Part shown: positions 47,001 through 51,274 of the stretch, in pieces
Layout of the letters: each line of letters begins with the position of its first letter
Position numbering within the stretch: position 1 is the first letter of the stretch
Assembly: GCA_039683575.1 (NCBI GenBank)
Contig: JBDKRC010000021.1
Location: 1-51,274 of the forward strand
Direction of reading: 5' to 3'
DNA from: Armatimonadia bacterium
GTDB lineage: Bacteria; Armatimonadota; Zipacnadia; Zipacnadales; UBA11051
DNA length: 51,274 nt
Notes under the pieces: model-generated
Databases searched by the model: none
Seen by the model: the letters and a program-made list of their open reading frames with translations, nothing else
What the model was told of the DNA's origin: nothing
Position numbers and translations under genes: made by a program

Positions 47001-48743
47001 ATGACGACTGAGTACCAACCGTTCCGGGGACTGCGGTCGCCGGAGGACTTGCTGCTGGTCCGACGTGAGTTTGCCCGGCGGCCAATGTCCCTAAAGCTCC
47101 CGGAGCCCTACTTCGGTGAGTTCTGTGCGTGGGTGACGGTCGAGGGGACGGCTGAGGGGTTGCTGAGCCAGTCGGGCCAGCTATTGTGGCAGGCGACGCG
47201 TGAGGATGGCCCCGCCTGGCGGCTGCTCATCACCCCGCACGGCTATCTGCGCTTTGAGGCCGAGACCGACCCGCCGCTTATCTGCGAGAGCAAAATCCCC
47301 CTGCATTGTTTTCTGACCGGACGACGGCGGTTTCGCGTCGGCATCGCCATGGGTAACTACTCGTGGCTGCTGCGGGACAGCGAATACGCCGCCGAGGCCG
47401 ATTCCTACGGCCGCCTGCGGCTCCTGATCAGTCCGACGGAGAAGGCACCCTTTGCGGTGTGTGGAGGGCGGGAGAACCTCGGCAACCCGCTCTTTGGCCC
47501 GGTGCCGCAGCGGATTGAGTGGCAAGAGCAAGGGTTTGAGCCATTCCACGGGCGCATCTCCGGCTTTTCCGCCTATCAGACCGAGCGCTATGAGATGGTG
47601 GACCCGCCGCGGAGGCGGTCCGCGGATGACGTGGTGCCGCCGATACCGGGCGGCGGGGGTTTCGCGCCGCGCTGGATCAGCGACGACACTATTGAGGTGT
47701 ATGGCCGGCCTGAGTTCACGCAGACGACGAGCTATTGGTTCCTGCTGGGCGTCAATGACTGTAGCCGCAGACTGCGCCGGGTGCGGCTGCAGCCGGTGTG
47801 GTGGGGCAGCGCCAACATGACGCCGACGTTTTTCGCCAGCACTGACGGGCGGCGCTGGCGACGCATTGCGCCACAGCGGATCGAGATGCGTGAGAATGGG
47901 GCGGATATCGCCATGGATGTCGCTCTGACGCCACGTCAGGCGCAAGGATGCCTGATCGCCAGCGCCATCCCGTTTCTGGAGACGGACCGCCGCGAGTTCA
48001 TTGACTGGGCCGGGGAGAAGCTTGGGGCTCAAGTCGAAGTGTGCGGCAAGTCAGCCGAGGGGCGGCCTGTCGAGGTAGTGCGCGTCGCGCCAAGGCGGGG
48101 TGAGGCCCTGCGGCACGTCGCCATTGCCTGCGGGCAGCACTCTCCGGCAGAGACCATGGGCGCGCACGTTCTGCGGCCAATGCTGCTGGAGGCGCGGCGG
48201 CTGGGGCTGCTGGACAGAATAGCGTTCCATCTCGTGCCGACCGTCAATGTCGACTGCGCGCACTATGGAGGCAACGGCCTCAACGCCAACCGGCGCAACA
48301 CCAACCGTCACTGGCTGCGTGACTTGCAGCCGGAGACGGAGGCTGTGATCTCGTACTTCGAGCGTTTCGCCGAGAACGGTGGCGGGCTGGACTTCGCGCT
48401 CGACCTGCATGCCGGCGGCATTTTCCGCAACCACCTGCTCATGCACATGGCCCCCCAGGAGGGCGAGGAGTTGCCAGCGCAGGCGCTGGCAGAGCAGGAG
48501 CAGTGGCGAGACCTGCTGGAGGCCCATGCAGGGCTGCGCCGCGCTGACGGTACCGGCCTTCCGATACAGCGCCTGCGGGCGACGGACTATTTCCTGCGGC
48601 GCTTCAGTTGCCCGGCTTTCTGCCTGGAACTGAGCACCTGCAGCTATTTCGACCCTGACGCAGGGGTTTCGAAACCCTTCGAACAGCGGGCGCTGCAAAT
48701 CGTGGGCAAGGGGCTCGCGCGGGCGATGGCGGAGTGGGTTTGA
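47001..48743 (+). CDS. M14 zinc carboxypeptidase-family protein with N-terminal extension
   Basis: GKSAEGRP, GQHSPAE (HxxE-like), VPTVNVD, NTNRHW, LDLHA, CLEL. Confidence 0.75.
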   Translation: MTTEYQPFRGLRSPEDLLLVRREFARRPMSLKLPEPYFGEFCAWVTVEGTAEGLLSQSGQLLWQATREDGPAWRLLITPHGYLRFEAETDPPLICESKIPLHCFLTGRRRFRVGIAMGNYSWLLRDSEYAAEADSYGRLRLLISPTEKAPFAVCGGRENLGNPLFGPVPQRIEWQEQGFEPFHGRISGFSAYQTERYEMVDPPRRRSADDVVPPIPGGGGFAPRWISDDTIEVYGRPEFTQTTSYWFLLGVNDCSRRLRRVRLQPVWWGSANMTPTFFASTDGRRWRRIAPQRIEMRENGADIAMDVALTPRQAQGCLIASAIPFLETDRREFIDWAGEKLGAQVEVCGKSAEGRPVEVVRVAPRRGEALRHVAIACGQHSPAETMGAHVLRPMLLEARRLGLLDRIAFHLVPTVNVDCAHYGGNGLNANRRNTNRHWLRDLQPETEAVISYFERFAENGGGLDFALDLHAGGIFRNHLLMHMAPQEGEELPAQALAEQEQWRDLLEAHAGLRRADGTGLPIQRLRATDYFLRRFSCPAFCLELSTCSYFDPDAGVSKPFEQRALQIVGKGLARAMAEWV

Positions 48744-48768
48744 CCAGAAATACCGATGGGGTGAGTGG

Positions 48769-49539
48769 ATGAACGAGAACGATCTGCGCGAACTTATGGC
48801 CTGCGTGGCCCAGGGGGCTCTGACGCCCGACGAGGCTGTGGAGCGGCTGCGCGTGCTGCCTTTTGAGGACCTGGGGTTTGCCAAGGTAGACCACCACCGG
48901 GCGCTGCGGACGGGGTTTCCGGAAGTGATCTACTGCGAGCAGAAGACGCCGGAGCAGGTGGTGGAGATCGCGGCGCGCATCAAATGCCATGCGCCGGTGG
49001 TGCTCGCCACCAGGGCCGATCGCGCGGTCTATGACAAGGTGGCCGAACGCTTCCCCGACTGCCGCTATGACGAAGCGGCTCGGGTGATTACGCTTGGCCA
49101 GCCGGAGCCGTGTCAGGAGGGCTGCCCCACGGCTCTCATCATCACCGCAGGAACGTCGGACATCCCCGTGGCCGAGGAGGCTGCGCTGGTCGTCGAGGCG
49201 GCCTCGGTGCCCGTGAAGCGGCTGTTTGATGTGGGCGTGGCCGGATTGCACCGGCTGCTTCAGCACCATGAGGACCTTACGCAGGCGGGGGCGCTGGTGG
49301 TGGTGGCAGGGATGGAGGGAGCGCTCGCGAGCGTCGTCGGCGGGCTCGTGGCCAGGCCGGTAATCGGCGTGCCCACGAGCGTGGGCTATGGCGCGAGCTT
49401 CGGAGGCGTGGCGGCCCTGCTGGGGATGCTCAATAGCTGTGCGTCGGGGCTGGCTGTCGTGAATATTGACAACGGGTTCGGGGCCGGATACATGGCCGCG
49501 ATGATCTGCAAACTGGCCGCACCCAAACAATCGGAGTGA
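48769..49539 (+). CDS. larB: Nickel-pincer cofactor biosynthesis carboxylase LarB
   Basis: DHHRALRTGFPEVIY, AGTSDIPVAEEA, DVGVAGLHRL, PTSVGYG, MLNSCASG, NIDNGFGA. Confidence 0.93.
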   Translation: MNENDLRELMACVAQGALTPDEAVERLRVLPFEDLGFAKVDHHRALRTGFPEVIYCEQKTPEQVVEIAARIKCHAPVVLATRADRAVYDKVAERFPDCRYDEAARVITLGQPEPCQEGCPTALIITAGTSDIPVAEEAALVVEAASVPVKRLFDVGVAGLHRLLQHHEDLTQAGALVVVAGMEGALASVVGGLVARPVIGVPTSVGYGASFGGVAALLGMLNSCASGLAVVNIDNGFGAGYMAAMICKLAAPKQSE

Positions 49540-49544
49540 GACAC

Positions 49545-50516
49545 ATGAGTCTGTTATACCTTAGCCGTGCGGATGTTGAGAGCCTCGAGATATCCATGAG
49601 CAGCGTCATTGACGCGGTCGAGGAGGGCTTCCGGCGCAAGGGCCTGGGCCAGACCCAGATGCCGCCCAAGACCCCCATCTATCCGCGCGGCCGTATCACG
49701 TTCCTGCATGCCATGCCGGCTTACGTCGCGGGGGTCGAAGCCGCGGCGGTCAAGTGGGTCGGCGGGGCGGATGACAACCGGGAGCGCGGACTGCCAACGA
49801 TCACCGGTCTACTAATCCTGAATGACCCGGTGAGCATGCTCCCGCTGGCTGTCATGGACTGCACGTGGCTGACCATGATGCGCACGGGCGCAGCCAACGC
49901 GGTGGCGATGAAGTACCTGGGACCCAAGGCCCCACAGGAGATGGCGCTCATCGGCTGCGGTGTGCAGGGGCGGAGCGTGCTGACCGCCGCGAAGGTGGTG
50001 TACCCGGGCCTGAAGCGCGTGCGGGTGTACGACGTCTTCCCTGAGGCGGCCGACAAGTACATCCGTGAGATGTCGGAAAGCCAGCAGGTGGAGATCATCG
50101 GCGCGCCTGACCCGAAGGCTGCGATCATTGGCGCGGACATTGTGGTCACAGCCTCAACGATGCCGGCGGACGCCCCGCCGTATATCGAGGAGAGCTGGAT
50201 CAAGCCGGGGGCAATGGCGGCGCCTGTTGACTACAACGTTGGCTGGCATGCGGAAGTCTTCACGGCAGTGGACAAGTTCATCACCGACGACGTGGCGCAG
50301 ATGGAGTACTACCGCGAGACGCGCGGGTACTTCAAGGGGCTCCCGGCGGCGGCGGAACTCGGGGATGTGGTCGCAGGGAAGCTGCCGGGCCGTGAGAGCG
50401 ACGAGGAGCGCACCATGTCAATGTGCATGGGGATTGCGATAGACGATGCGGTGACGGCGAAGTTGATCTATGGGGTGGCGTTGGAGCGGGGCGTAGGGAC
50501 GGAGTTGCCGCTGTAG
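49545..50516 (+). CDS. Ornithine cyclodeaminase/mu-crystallin (archaeal-type alanine dehydrogenase) family
   Basis: HAMPAY, VKWV, LTMMRTGA, IGCGVQG, GIAIDD. Confidence 0.9.
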   Translation: MSLLYLSRADVESLEISMSSVIDAVEEGFRRKGLGQTQMPPKTPIYPRGRITFLHAMPAYVAGVEAAAVKWVGGADDNRERGLPTITGLLILNDPVSMLPLAVMDCTWLTMMRTGAANAVAMKYLGPKAPQEMALIGCGVQGRSVLTAAKVVYPGLKRVRVYDVFPEAADKYIREMSESQQVEIIGAPDPKAAIIGADIVVTASTMPADAPPYIEESWIKPGAMAAPVDYNVGWHAEVFTAVDKFITDDVAQMEYYRETRGYFKGLPAAAELGDVVAGKLPGRESDEERTMSMCMGIAIDDAVTAKLIYGVALERGVGTELPL

Positions 50517-50640
50517 GTCTGGGCTGACCACGACGGGCGGGCGGACCACGGTCCGCCCCTACGAACCGAGGGTGGCAGGTAGGGGGGGACCGTGGTCCGC
50601 CCGTCTGCATTCCCAAGGCGGGCGAGACGCCCGCACCACG
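50514..50640. repeat. REP cluster
   Basis: gggcggaccacggtccgcccCTAC and GTAGgggggaccgtggtccgccc form an inverted pair (related copy at 35261-35286), plus gcgggc-gagac-gcccgcacCAC. Confidence 0.7.
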
Positions 50641-50670
50641 CGATTGTGAGCGATTATGATGGAGTCTCCC

Positions 50671-51274
50671 ATGGCACTACAGATCGTCGAACTCGCTGGA
50701 ACACCGCGTGAGATGGGCCGGCAGTATGGTGAAGAGCTGCGGGAGGCGGCGCGGGGGATGGTGCAGACCCGGCTGGATCTTGCGGCCCAGGAGGCGGAGA
50801 AGGCCATCCCTGGCGGCGGGATCGACTGGTGCCTGCAAGTCGCGGAGGAGTGCGTGAAGCCGCTGCAGGCCTTCTCCCTGCCCGTCTACGAGGAGTTGCT
50901 GGGGCTCTCGGAGGCGACGGGGCTCTCGATGGCGCAGCTTGTCATTGGAAACGGGTGGACGGACTTCCGTGACCTGATCACGAGGCACGCGACCGAGGCC
51001 GCGCATGAGTGCACGTCCGTCGTCGTGGGTAAGGAACTGGGGGCGGAGGGGCGGCTGTATCTGGCCCAGACGTGGGATATGAGCGCCTCGGCGGGGCCAT
51101 ATATGGTGCTGGTGCGGCGGAGGCCGAAGGACGCGCCAGCGACGCTGTCACTGACCACGGCGGGCTGCCTGTCGCTCATCGGAATGAACGAGGCTGGAAT
51201 CGCAATCGGCAACACGAAACTCGTGCCGAACGATGCGCGGCCGGGTGTGCATTACCTGGCACTGATCCACGAGG
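50671..51274 (+). CDS. 3'-truncated peptidase C45 (Ntn-hydrolase, acyl-CoA:6-APA acyltransferase family)
   Basis: MALQIVELAGTPREMGRQYGE; autocleavage site HE-CTS; AQTWD; GMNEAGIAIG; runs off the window end. Confidence 0.85.
   Translation, partial: MALQIVELAGTPREMGRQYGEELREAARGMVQTRLDLAAQEAEKAIPGGGIDWCLQVAEECVKPLQAFSLPVYEELLGLSEATGLSMAQLVIGNGWTDFRDLITRHATEAAHECTSVVVGKELGAEGRLYLAQTWDMSASAGPYMVLVRRRPKDAPATLSLTTAGCLSLIGMNEAGIAIGNTKLVPNDARPGVHYLALIHE

Overview
High-GC bacterial chromosomal window of about 45 genes. The gene mix suggests a diderm anaerobe such as an Armatimonadota-like lineage; this is inference only. No rRNA, tRNA, CRISPR array, transposase or phage gene was recognised. The core is a minus-strand FAS II superoperon: yceD-rpmF-plsX-fabH-[acyl-CoA dehydrogenase-etfB-etfA with 2x4Fe-4S]-fabD-fabG-acpP-fabF-rnc. 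The slot normally filled by the enoyl-ACP reductase FabK instead holds a bifurcating-type Bcd/EtfAB module. This suggests a possibly undescribed electron-bifurcating enoyl-ACP reductase and is the top finding. Also present: lpxC, an iron-containing ADH, a GAF histidine kinase, a cold-shock gene, rnhA, groES-groEL with a perfect CIRCE operator, a B12-binding radical SAM enzyme, a degenerate GGDEF protein with an intact RxxD I-site, a TerY-C-like zinc finger, larB, and several sugar epimerases and glycoside hydrolases. An unannotated 32-aa basic ORF lies upstream of groES. Intergenic regions are rich in GTAG-type REP/REPIN-like palindromes, including nested and structure-conserved variants, and there is a duplicated gene 3' end carrying mostly synonymous changes.
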